DNA from: Heteronotia binoei
Lineage: Eukaryota
Length of the DNA stretch: 64,000 nt
Assembly (NCBI RefSeq): GCF_032191835.1
Contig: NC_083224.1
Location: 156,984,001-157,048,000 of the forward strand
Direction: 5' to 3'
Part shown: piece by piece, positions 1-11,313 of the stretch
Position numbering within the stretch: the first letter of the stretch is position 1
Layout of the letters: the number at the start of each line of letters is the position of its first letter
The notes under the pieces: generated by a model
Seen by the model: only the letters and a program-made list of their open reading frames with translations
Database searches by the model: none
What the model was told of the DNA's origin: nothing
Made by a program: the position numbers and the translations under genes

Positions 1-1131
1 GGAGCTCCTGATCTCAGCCTGGAGACTGAGGTAGGGGGCGGATAGTGCTGCTGTTATAACAGCAAGCCCCGCCCCTTCAGAAGCGTGCCCAAATGGGCCG
101 CGAAAGTCCTCCCTTTCCTCCCAGGGAGGCAAAGACGTTCCAGCAGCCTAGCAGCGTGCTGCTGGCTGCTAGAAATGAATTGCTGCAGTGTTCGTGCACC
201 ATTTGTGCAATCCTTTCTGCCTGTTAGGTTGTCTGAAGCAATAGCCTGTTAAGAGTTTTATGTATTCTGTTCAATAGGACAGCTGTTGTGAAGGTTTAAG
301 GAACACAGGATTGAGCTGCTTCTCTCCTCCTCAATCTTGTTAATTAATTTACATTGTACTTAGTATTCACTCTCAATTATTCATTCAGAAATCTTTGGGG
401 TGGGGGGGAAAGAAAGATCTAACAGGTTTCAGAGTCACATATGCTATGCACATTTTGTTTTCACTGTGTGTGGCATTATTGAACCATGCCAGTCTAGTGT
501 ATTTAAAGATACCAAACAACAGCTTTTAAGTCATGTGTTTCTAATAGAAACAGTGTGGGTCTAAGTGATAAAGTATTAAATGTGTCCAGGCTTGTATTAA
601 AGAGTAGCTTGATCAAACAAGAGCAAAGAACAAACTGCATTTATTAATTGGGCTAACATAGCACAATGGTTAGGGAGAAAGACTTCAGCACAGATCCATT
701 TTACTTACAGTATTTACTCCAGTGCAAGCCTAGGTTGTTTTCTAGGTATTCCATCAGAAAAGGGAGAGATCTTGCAGTTGCATACAAATGACAGTAGTAT
801 CCAGTTTAAAAGCAGGGGGTGGGGGGAGATCATGTATAACATTTGTAGGTCTTCTTACATCCAGAGCTGCCTTCCTTTTGAGTAATTGATAAAAATGTAT
901 CCTGTTCTTTCTTCGAGGAGATTTTAACCATCCCAACAACTATGTGATGGGTATACTTTCTCAGGACCATATTAGTAGATTTCATGACTCTCAGCTTGTA
1001 GATTTTGTTGCATCTGCACATTTGCCTATTAAGTCTATCAGAGGACAGGACTGATGACTTTAAGTTTATGACTAGGAGTGTGTGCTCAGAATATACTGAG
1101 CCGAGTAAATACCCCCAAAATACCTTATTAA

Positions 1132-1603
1132 CAGGCCTCATTTTCGGCTGGAGCTCACAGGAGTGGAGCTCTGGAACCTCTAAATTTTATTGTGCTCTTT
1201 CTTTGTTATCCCCTCCCCCCAATACTTGCTTCTGGGCTCCATTGTTCAAACCCCCTGTGAGAATTTTGCTGAACTCTAATATTTGCTGAGCTCTAAGATT
1301 TGACAAACTTTCTAATATTTACCCCCCCCCCCAAAAAAAAAACCAAAACATATAAAGCAGACAGATGGAAATCTTCATAATGCCACTGTGGTCACATAGG
1401 AGAAAGTAATTTTAAAAAATATGATGGGAGTAAGGTTTCATTATGGCAATTATAATTCAAGAAGCATTTGAAGGTAGATGCTGAGCTGATATAATTTAGT
1501 ACGCATTCCAGTGATGTCAGGAGTGTGTGGCATATGCAAATGAGTTATGCAAATGAGTTGTGCTAATGCACTCCGGCACCTTTTTTCTATGAAATGACCC
1601 CTG
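1132..1603. mobile_element. hAT non-autonomous element
   Basis: Termini CAGGCCTCATTT and rc CAGGGGTCATTT. TSD CTTATTAA/CTTATTGA (7/8). Same family as 47760-48201. Confidence 0.85.
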
Positions 1604-4600
1604 CTTATTGATATTTTTGGGGTATTTATTCCTATTGTCAGATAGAGATAAATATATTAGTTTCCAAGTGGCAAAGTTTGTGGCTGCCATTATAGATTTT
1701 TTTAAAAAAAGAGTAATGAGATATATTAACTACTCTCCTTTTTACTACTCTGGGTTGTTTTCTTAGGATGTCATTGGATAAATTTTATTGCTAATTCAGC
1801 CTAAATTTTTTCATGATTAATATAACTATTGTATTGAATGTTTTTTATTATTATTATTGGTGTGTCTGGTTGTCAGTTGCTATGGCATTTTGTTGCTAAT
1901 GCAATAAAGATTGATTGATTGACTGATTATTCAGTTGAATCAGATTTTCTAATCTGGTTTGGCTACTGATGTAACTGAATCCGAATAAAAGCTGATACTA
2001 TTCAGCTTTTATTCAGGCTCAGTTTCACTACCTGAAGCAGTGCAAGTTTACCCACTTTCCAGATGAACTCATGCCACTTCTGGGTTCCTCAGCATGTGAC
2101 TTAGCCTTGCAAAAGCTATTTAAACAGAAAGTTCCTTTTAAATATCTCCCCTTCCTTCCTTGAGTTGTGTCACAGTGGCAAACCTCAGCAAGTGAAGGGA
2201 AGGCATTTAAACCAATCAGCCAACATGCAGACCCTCCACACTGTTTGGTTTAAATGGAAGGAAGCTGTTTCAATACTCTTTTTTTTTGCTCCGCCTGCTC
2301 CAGAGTGGGGGTGGGAGCAAAACAGAGGGGTTTAATGGCTTCTCGCTATGTAAATGGAACTTTGCAGAATAAATTAAGTAATAACTATTATTTCCTGAAT
2401 CCCAATATTCATACCATTATTGGGGTTCAAGAATTTTGGAATATACTGATATTTTTCAGGTTTGGTATACTTGAACCTGAAAAATACCAGTTTTTTTGTG
2501 CACACCCGTACTTACAACCCAGTGCCAAAAAAGGAAATATTTCCTGTTGCTCTCGCTCTGCAATTTAGCTCCTCTCCTTTTTGATGATGCACTGATCTGG
2601 AAAAAGATCAGATAGTGGGTTGCACATGCATAAGAACAGTTCACCTGGATATTTTGTGTAGAGGCAAATGGTGGTTCTGATAGTCTTACATAGTAATTTC
2701 AGTATCATACACTGCTCCTTGCTGCTATTATATGTTCAGATTTTCAGTTGTTGCAATGAATCTCAAAGAGAGGGAAAAAAACAATTCTTGAGCCCTCATA
2801 ATTGAAAGTAACTTAACAAAGCCAATTTGTAAGTAGCCTTGTCAATATCAATATTAATCTATGCAGAATGTAACCTTATAATGTGTTTCACAGACCAACT
2901 GCAGTCTAATTCCATTCATTTTGAGGAGAGTAGACTGCAGTAGCAATGCAATGTTATGCAGTTAAAGTTATTGAGGTCTGGGCTATCAGAAAGCAATATT
3001 TATGCTACTGAATGAAGTGGTATCTCATTTGACATCTGCTGATCAGTTATTAAGCACTATACAGGTAATTCAGAAACCTCAGAAAATAATTGGGGGGAGT
3101 GTTTCCCCACATCTCTTGTAATCTTTCTGCATTGTTCAGGTGTTTGAAAGGAAAGCAGTATTAATCTTCCTCCAGCCACAACTTAGAAAGGAAACAGACA
3201 TTTCTCAACATAAGCTATGGAAAATAAAGCTAAATAAAATATATTCAAAATTCTAGGCTAAAGTACATTTAAAAACTATCCCTGTCTTTTAAATTATGTT
3301 TACCATACTGCTACAAAATTTACTTTTAATAGTTCAGAAATAGGCCTAAATTACACACATTGAGCTATCCCATGGCTGTAACTGCATGGAGGAAATAATG
3401 CATAAATTGATTCCACAGGACCATGTGGCTTCCTGGCAGCAATTAATTCAAGTACTGGGAAGCTGACTGGTCCCCTTTTCTGCAGTCCATGCCTCCATGT
3501 GGCTGACTCAGGCAGTGGGGACTGTACCATGTGGAAGGACTTTAAAAATATTATTTATTTAAACATTTACTTGAAGGCAAGTATATCTGCTGGAGAGATA
3601 TTAAGAATTGTACATATGCATTAAAATTCTTCCACATGCATTTGTACTAAGCCTACCCATCACCAGAAATATTTGCCTTCTAACCTGACTGTTCCTAACA
3701 AAAGCTCAAAATGTGCTTTGGAAAAAGTTTCCAGATTTTCCTGTTGTAAGCTAAGTCGTCTCAATTTAAGATCAAGTGCAGAATTAACTTCCATATGGTG
3801 ATATTTCCCCCCCCCCCCTGCGACTAGAGGGATTATTCTCTCTTTTCTAAGTGGTGGACTACAGAAAATGAATATTGCTTTCCTTTAAACAATCTGAACA
3901 CTAAAAAAAAAAAAACCTTGATGGAACTAAGATACTACATTTAGATTTCCTTGTAATTCTGTCTTAAGAGTTAATGAGTCTAACTTCTTTCAGAGAGTTT
4001 CACAAATGTGGATAATGTTCCTGCTTCATTGTTCAGTCAGATACTTGATTTAGTTACTGCTCCCTCCTCTGAGCAATGAATGGGAGTCAGATATTTCAGC
4101 ATAATGTGCATACCAGTAACAGAACAAGAATGACAGTCACTCTAGCAAAGTGACTGACATTAAATTAAAGCTCAAAGTTCATCCTGTTTCAGTTGGCAGC
4201 CTGTGGATAAAGGATGCTGTTGGCAAATTTCACACTCTGAGGGTCAAACCACATTCTTTATGAGTTCTCTGCCTTCAGAGCCATAGAAAACCTGAGGGTG
4301 AAAAGAGAATAGTTCCTTTTGGACCCATGTATCTTGATGTAACTTGGACAGCTGGCGATAGCCCCATAAGCACATCACTAAAAGCCAAATTACAAAACGG
4401 GCATAAAAATAGCAGCTGGCTCTCCAATAAGATCCTAGCATGTGCCAAGGCCAATCATACTTAGCAAAAATGTACATAAAATCCCTGCTTTTTGTATGCA
4501 CAATTGGTATGTTTCCAAATGGTCTGAGGCCAGTTGTTAGGTTTCAGAAGAGCTTTTATAACCCTAAGCATTCATGCTGCACTTTCTGCATGGGGTGTAA

Positions 4601-5078
4601 CTTTGTTAAATTCTACTGGTTTCATGGGGCTCCTTCATAGGCTCTTTATATTGTAATAGGCCCACTCTCATCATATTTGTCTGGAGTAAATAGACACATC
4701 TTGCAAATTCTCAGTATGCAACACTGGAAGAAGGCCAATTCCTGCCTCATTTCTCAGCCGAACTCCCACTGAAATGAATGGCATCTTTTCCTCATTAAAG
4801 AGTTCAGAGCCAGGCTCGCAATATGCAAAATCCTGGCACATTTTATTTTTGCATATCCCTTGTGAAGAAAGTGAATATAAAAAGGCAAGCTGTAACTCAG
4901 CACCTCTGTCTCCTCATTGTCCACTTGCACATCATTTAGAACACCAAGTTTTCTTTAAAAAAAAAAAAAAAAAAAGCCCAGTTATTCTTTCTATCCAATG
5001 TTGAAGTCTTGATGCAAGCCATTGACTTAAAACAGCATTCATACTTTACATGTCAACTGTTCTGAAAGCAAAGCTTTA

Positions 5079-7267
5079 CAGCCCAATCTAGACATACATG
5101 GCGGCCGGCCGCTCGGGCATGGGCGTATGCATGGCGCCGCTCGTTGGCTTCCAAAGGGGAGACATTATGCCACGCTTGCAGAGGGAAGAGTGGCCCGATG
5201 AGAGATAGAGAACTCGTCGCTAGATGAGTTGCCGAGATGAGGGTGGGGGAGGCGCAGGCTCGCGTGGGACCACGGGATTGGCCAGCTCGTTGCACATGAC
5301 TGGGAGAGGGGGCGGAAAACCTGCGCCTGAGAGGCCGTCAATCCCCCCACTCCCTCCTGCTGTCAGAGACTCTGCCAATGGCAAGCTGGTGAGCAGAGGC
5401 ATGTGCGGACAAACAGGAAGTGCCAAGTGCAGGAGTTCCCTGTCCTAGACAGCGACTGGAATGTGTGTCTGAGAGCAGCCAGACCAAGTCTGAAAGACAT
5501 CTCCTGGAGCCCCCCCTCCAGTGTTGCCCTGCTGCCGCCCCCTGCTATGTGCAAGGAACACCTTCCCTGGGGGGCCGCAGAACTCAGAGTGCAAGCCGCT
5601 GGGCATGCATCCACTTCAGCAGCACCCCCCCCCCCAAGTGCCCAGCGCATAACAGCCCTGTGCGGTCGGGTAGGCCATCAGCCCAGGCAGGCTGAGGGGT
5701 GACACCCCCCCTCCCATGTCCAGCCATGCGGGGGGCAGTGTGGCGGCTCATAGCCCATTTCTTTCCCAAAAAAACCAAGTCTGCACACCCTCCCAGGCAT
5801 TCCCTTGGAGAAGCCACTGACAGAAGGGGGGGTTGCCCCTGGAATGTGCAGCAGATGCCAAGCAGGAGAGACAACAGAGGGCACAGCTTAGACTTTATTT
5901 TTCCGGAAAAGTGCAACAGTATCCCTGGAGCGCTCTGGGCAGTCTCGCCATGGGTGGGACTTCATTCTGAGCGGCAGGCAGAAGCAGCTTAGGGAGTGGG
6001 GGGGGCGTGCAGCAACACATGTGGAAGCCTCTGTGTTGGAGTCCCACCTGTAAAATGGAGACAGAGATCAAGAGCACCTGTAAGGGCGGCAGCTGGAAGA
6101 GCAGGCTGCATTTCAGCCAGGCGCTCTCTTAAAGGGACAGTCTCTGACCCACCTCCCTGCATTGGGGCAGCTGCCACACACACACACCTGTGCCCTTCCA
6201 GGGGTTGGAAATGCGGTAGAAGGCAGACCAAGGGAAGGGAGCAGGCAGCACAACAGGGGAGTGAGCTCAGCAAATGCCCCCTGCTGGAGCCCACTGCCAG
6301 GTTCAAGTGCCAGAGACGCTCGCCCACCGAGCGGTCGAGAGCGAGAGGAGGAGGAGGGGGGCAGTGGAACTTACCCATCCATGGGCGACAGTCCTCGTAT
6401 GCAGAGCCTCCAGGAGCCCGGAACCTGTGGAAACCTGGAAACAAGAGCAGTTAGCCCCAGGGGAGAGACCTCTCTCTCCCCCTTGCAAGCCAAAGATACT
6501 GTCAAAGTAACTGCACGGTGCAAAACCCATCACCAACGTGCCTACCTGTCCCTCACTCTAAGTCTGTATGGCCGGGAGCTTGCTGGCAGAGCTTCCCGAC
6601 ACGCAAACCTGTCCCTAACAACTGAGTTGTGTGTGGCAGAGCGGAAGTATTTCTAGGAGGGGGGCCCATGATTGGGCACCGGGGAAGGGGCTTGCCAGGC
6701 CGAGGTGCAAAGGGATTGGTGAGACAATAAAGTATGATGATCTTGCCCTCTTCACACACAGTGTCTTTTTTTTATGCTGAGTAGCCCCTTCATCTATTTT
6801 CTTCTTTTTTTTGTTTGTCTATGGCAGTCCCAACCAGTCACTTTATTATATACTTATATACTCCCTAAGGGGCTTGCGAGCTTCCACAGCAGTGGAGGCG
6901 ACCTTTGTTTTTTATTTCAACAAGTGCCTATGGGACATGCCGCTATTTTTGCCAGCATAACGTTGCGCCTCTCGGGGGGGTGTCATGGGCCAAACTGCTC
7001 ATGAAGCTGCCTAAGCCTGGCCACGCCCCCAAATCCACCCCTCCTCTGCCTGAACGCCATGCTCTGCCTCACTTCCGCCCATGCTTGGGCGCAGCCCTCG
7101 GGCACCGTTGCCCTCGGGCGGAGCAGCGCTCAGGCGGCCCCCCCCCCGCTCATGTAACTCCCCTCCACTGTGGCGGCACCGGTCGTATGTCGGTGCAAAC
7201 CCTTCCTGCGCCCATATAGCGGCTTGTCTGCTCCCAAAAGACTTTCCGCCCCCCCTGGATTGTGCTC
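5079..7267. mobile_element. PIF/Harbinger-like non-autonomous composite element
   Basis: TTA at 5076-78 and 7268-70. Termini are CAGCCCAATCTAG and rc GAGCACAATCCAG. The GC/CpG-rich interior contrasts with the AT-rich flanks. No transposase ORF. Confidence 0.6.
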
Positions 7268-7391
7268 TTAGTTTATTAATATGCCAAGTACTTTAAGAAA
7301 AATTATGATGGCAAAATGTAGGTCTCCCGAGTGAGAGATATGTTAAGACATTTCCTGCCCTTTTCTCTTCAGTGGAGCCAAATGTACATAA

Positions 7392-7572
7392 GTAAGTGCT
7401 GTCAAGTTGCAACTGACTTGTGGCAACTCAACAGAGGGCTTTCAAGGCAACTAAGAAGCTGAGGTGGTTTGTGTGATTGCCTTGCTCTTTAGAATCTTCT
7501 TGGTTGTCTGTAATGCAAGTACTCTGCGTAGCTTCCAAGATCTGGTGAGATTGAACTGTACCATTCTGCCTT
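7392..7572 (-). mobile_element. 5S rRNA-derived SINE, more diverged copy
   Basis: Minus strand reads CAGATCTTGGAAGCTACGCAGAGTACTTG..GGCAATCACACAAACCACCTC..TTGCCTTGAAAGCCC..AACTTGACAGCAC, collinear with 42546-42702. Confidence 0.6.
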
Positions 7573-7998
7573 TACTCAATGGAAGGAAAGTTTATGAAAT
7601 ACTATATAAATAACAACAAAAATTATAATACTCTGCATCTTGGGCTGCTGCCTCATTCACTTGACCATCTCATTTTGGGCTACAGGCTGTGAGTTGCTCT
7701 TGCCAAAAGGCTCATGACTGGTTATGCCCAGAATTTTGTATCTGCAACAAGAAGTGAAACAGAAGCTGAACCTGATTCTTATATGGTTTCTAAATGAGGT
7801 TCTGACCCCATCTATGCTTTTATAACAGAGATGATATTAGAGTGATTTGTTTCCTCAGATTTTTCTCTAAACCAGATGGTGGCCTCTTCTGTACACAGGT
7901 TCTTTCAGTTGTATAAGTTGGGAACGATCTTCTCTGCTGGCATCTTAAGATAATGTACTTTTCCCATGTTTTCTTTCTTGCAAGCCACTACCTGTGGG

Positions 7999-8197
7999 CA
8001 GGGCTTTTTATGTAGCAGGAACTCCTTTGCATATTAGGCCGCACACCCCTGATGTAGCCAATCCTCCAAGAGCTTTCAGTAGGCCCTGTAAGAAGAGCCT
8101 TGTAAGCTCTAATAGGATTGGCTACATCAGTGATGTGTGACCTAATATGCAAAGGGATTCCTGCTACAAAAAAGAAAAGAAAAGAAAAAAAGCCCTG
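7999..8197. mobile_element. hAT MITE (CAGGGCTTTTT termini)
   Basis: Perfect TSD CCTGTGGG (7991-98, 8198-8205) and matching TIRs. Confidence 0.9.
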
Positions 8198-8712
8198 CCT
8201 GTGGGTGTATAAAGAACTGTGGCTGTATCCTAGGTGGATGATGTTTCTGCCTGTACTAAAGTATGATGATCTTGCCCTCTTCCCTCCTTCACACAGTGTC
8301 TTCTTTTATGCTGAGTAGCCCCTTCATCTATTTTCTTCTTTTTTTGTTTCTCTATGGCAGTCCCAACCAGTCACTTTATTATATACTTATATCTTGACGC
8401 TGGCCCAGCCCAGGGAGCTGAGGAAAGAGACAAAATTACCAAACACCAGATAATTTGTTTCTAACAACTAAATGTTTCAGCTATTCAACAAGGTCTTTAA
8501 AACTTTGAGGTGAGAAGCTTTCTTTTCAGTTTCTGGTTAAACACTCAAGCATAGGTTTCTGAGTTTCCCTGACATGTAACATTTAGAAAGCAGGAACATA
8601 TAAACAAGCATCCTACATTCTTCTTTATACACATATCAGGGACTAGTCCTTTTTTCTAGAAACTGTTTCCTTTCTTAACTGGGCAGGAATCACATCTCTT
8701 TACTAGAAGCTA

Positions 8713-9461
8713 CCGTATTTTTTGCACCACAAGGCGCTCTGGACGATAGGACCCACCTTCCTCCTGGGGGGCGATCGCTGCCTCCGATCCCGGCGCTTCC
8801 TCCGTGCCTGTCTGCCTGGCTCCAGCTCTGGCACTTACAGCAAGCGCCAGGATCGCTCCCTCTGCCCTCCGATCCCAGCGCTTGCTGTAAGCATCAGAGC
8901 TGAAGCCAGGCAGGCAGGCATGGAGGAAGCACCCGCCCCCTCCACAAACTCAGCGCTTTGCGAGCGCCAGCTGTGGAGGGGGCAGCGTGCTTCCTCCATG
9001 CCTTTCTGCCTGGCTTCAGCTCTGATGCTTACAGCAAGCGCCAGGATCGCTCCCTCTGCCCTCCGATCCCGGCGCTTGCTGTAAGCGTCAGAGCTGAAGC
9101 CAGGCAGAAAGGCACGGAGGAAGCACGCTGCCCTCTCCACAGCCGATGCTCTCAAAGCGCTGGGTTTGCGGAGGGGGCGGGTGCTTCCTCCATGCCTGCC
9201 TGCCTGGCTTCAGCTCTGATGCTTACAGCAAGCGCCGGGATCGGAGGGCAGAGGGAGCGATCCTGGCGCTTGCTGTAAGCGTCAGAGCTGGAGCCAGGCA
9301 GGCAGGCACGGAGGAAGTGCCGGGATCAGAGGCGGAGGCAGCGGATCTCCCCCCCCCCCAGGAAGGTAGGTACCGGTACCTTAGCTCCATAAGATGCACA
9401 CACTTCTCCCACACACACTTTTTTTGGGGGGGAGTGCGTCTTATGGATGCGAAAAATACGG
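8713..9461. mobile_element. Non-autonomous Tc1/mariner-superfamily (pogo/Tc2-like) MITE with a foldback interior
   Basis: TA at 8711-12 and 9462-63. TIRs are CCGTATTTTTTGCACCACAAGGCGC and, reverse-complemented, CCGTATTTTTCGCATCCATAAGACGC. Confidence 0.88.
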
Positions 9462-10402
9462 TATTTCTCTCTTTTTGGCTTGAATGAGGATCCTCCTCAA
9501 TCCACTCACTCTCTTAGCTTCCTTCCCAGTCCACAGTCAGTGCTTAAAATTTCTCTTCTTCAAATGTCAGTTTTTAATTTTCATTCCTTAACTAACTCTC
9601 TCAACAGAATTTCATTTGAACAGGTTCTCAGACTCTGTTAGATATTAACCCTTGACAATCTGTCATGGTTTTCAAGTCAATTTGGAGCCTGTTGAAGAGT
9701 TTGAAAAAGTTCTGATCATATGAGAAAGAGCAGAATAATGAAAATGAATGAAAAACTGATTTTTTAAAAATGTTTGTGAACCTGTGCTTGTGCTGACACA
9801 CACAATTGCAGTTCCATACAAAGCAGAATTGCTCTTCAGTTGATTTAGTAGGATTTAACTCTGCTTAGAATGGCACTGTTGCTTTTCCAGAAAAAGAATG
9901 AGTATGTAACCATAAATTATCATATAGAAACGTTTCTCTCTTTTTTTGAGGAATTTCTCTAGTCTTATCAATTTTGTTTTCACTCAAATACAGGAACAAC
10001 AAGTAATAGTAGATTTCTTCCAGCACTTCTTAGCTTACAAAAAACAATGCAAAAGCATAATATTTAAAAGAAACATCTTACAAACGAAGTCTGAAGAAAA
10101 TAGTATAATGTTGATACAGAATTTTCAAAACTCTGGCTCATTTCACTAATATTGTTCTCACATCTTTTGTTTTTAGTACTGCGGATTTGTTCTGTCAGAT
10201 GTCCTCAGGTTTAAGTATTTCTTCTTTAGCTGTTTTGTGATATTAATGGTGATGACATGGTTGATCCATTGTGCATTTTCTGTCTTTGACATAGAAACTG
10301 AAAAAAAAATGTAATATATTAGTTTTAAAAGTGAGGTTCCTCTGCAAGATTACCGTTGTAGCAAGGCAACTGAAGTTGAAAGAAACATACTGGTTCAGAT
10401 TG

Positions 10403-10560
10403 TATGGTTTATGGTTTATTGGATTAATATCCCGCCCTCCCCGCCGAAGCAGGCTCAGGGCGGCTCACAATAGTAAAATCAAATAATTCACTCATATTAC
10501 TTATATCCTAAATTAAAATTAAATAATTAAAACAGTAAAAACAGTCTGGTGCTAATATCA
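10403..10560 (-). mobile_element. L2 3' end fragment
   Basis: Reverse complement reads GTGAGCCGCCCTGAGCCTGCTTCGGCGGGGAGGGCGGGATATTAAT, followed by a short AAACCAT-repeat tail. Confidence 0.75.
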
Positions 10561-10916
10561 TTTGATATTGTTCTTCCAGATCTTCCAGTGTGTTCATGTC
10601 CAGCACCTCTTGTATATAATGCTTCGGGTCTTAGTGTGGGTGGTGGGTTGTGCAAGAGCACTAGCCTTTGCGAGGCAAGTGAAGTGCAAACACTACGGCA
10701 GGAAGAAGGTAACATACAACCATGCATTCACAGAAAACATTCCTGTCATTTCCCCAGAAACTCTTCAATAACTCACTGGTAAAAAATATCTATATGTGCA
10801 ATAACAGGAACCACCATATACAACCAGGAGGGTGCCGGCAAGACTGCAAGGTTCTCCTTTTGGCCAGCAACAGCAAAAAAGGAGTAAGAACCTGCGGCAG
10901 CCCTGGACACATAAAG

Positions 10917-11313
10917 CAGGGGTTGCCACAACTTGCCCGACTTCTGGCAGGGGTGGGGTCTCCCACTTTCAGGACCCATGTCTTCAGTTGCTTTGGCGGG
11001 GAGGGCAGGATATAAATCCAAAAAAGATTTTAAAAAATAGGGATGAAGACAGAAATTAAACATGACACGCCTATGTGACCTGGAAGTGATGTGAGGACAT
11101 CCGGAGGCGATGCTCTGTTTTTTGGGCAAAATTCTATGGCAGAAGCTAATTCTACCATCTGGTTTTGTCAAAAAATGAGAGGACCTTTCCCTGACATGCC
11201 TATGTCACTTCTGGGCCACATAGGCATGTTGCATTTATTTTTGATAATCCACCCCACTCCTGGTAAATTCACCCCACCCTCTGCTGGCAGGTTTGAGAGA
11301 TCTGGCAACCATA
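10917..11313. mobile_element. hAT-like MITE (GGGTTGCCA..TGGCAACC termini)
   Basis: Terminal inverted motifs and an internal inverted repeat. No clear TSD. Confidence 0.6.

Noticed and set aside
5053-7296. Cluster of overlapping 60-165 aa ORFs
   Set aside because: The GC-rich, stop-poor repeat interior explains them. There are no domain motifs or Harbinger DDE/Myb signatures.
8262-8316. C/D snoRNA-like boxes (ATGATGA..CTGA), also in the duplicate at 6733-6780
   Set aside because: Only ~45-50 nt lie between the boxes, there is no terminal stem, and I see no rRNA or snRNA antisense element.
8795-9318. CRISPR-like regularly spaced repeats
   Set aside because: This is vertebrate DNA, the units are 136-bp hairpins, the spacers are copies of each other, and there are no cas genes.
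8722-9487. Several 100-120 aa ORFs with repeated peptides
   Set aside because: They are by-products of the GC-rich palindromic MITE and appear on both strands, with no transposase motifs.
10173-10297. Candidate minus-strand terminal exon (CTAAT branch, T9-CAG acceptor, 40 open codons SMSKTENAQWINHV..PQY*)
   Set aside because: I recognise no protein similarity and found no partner exons. A 40-codon frame after a T-run is expected by chance.
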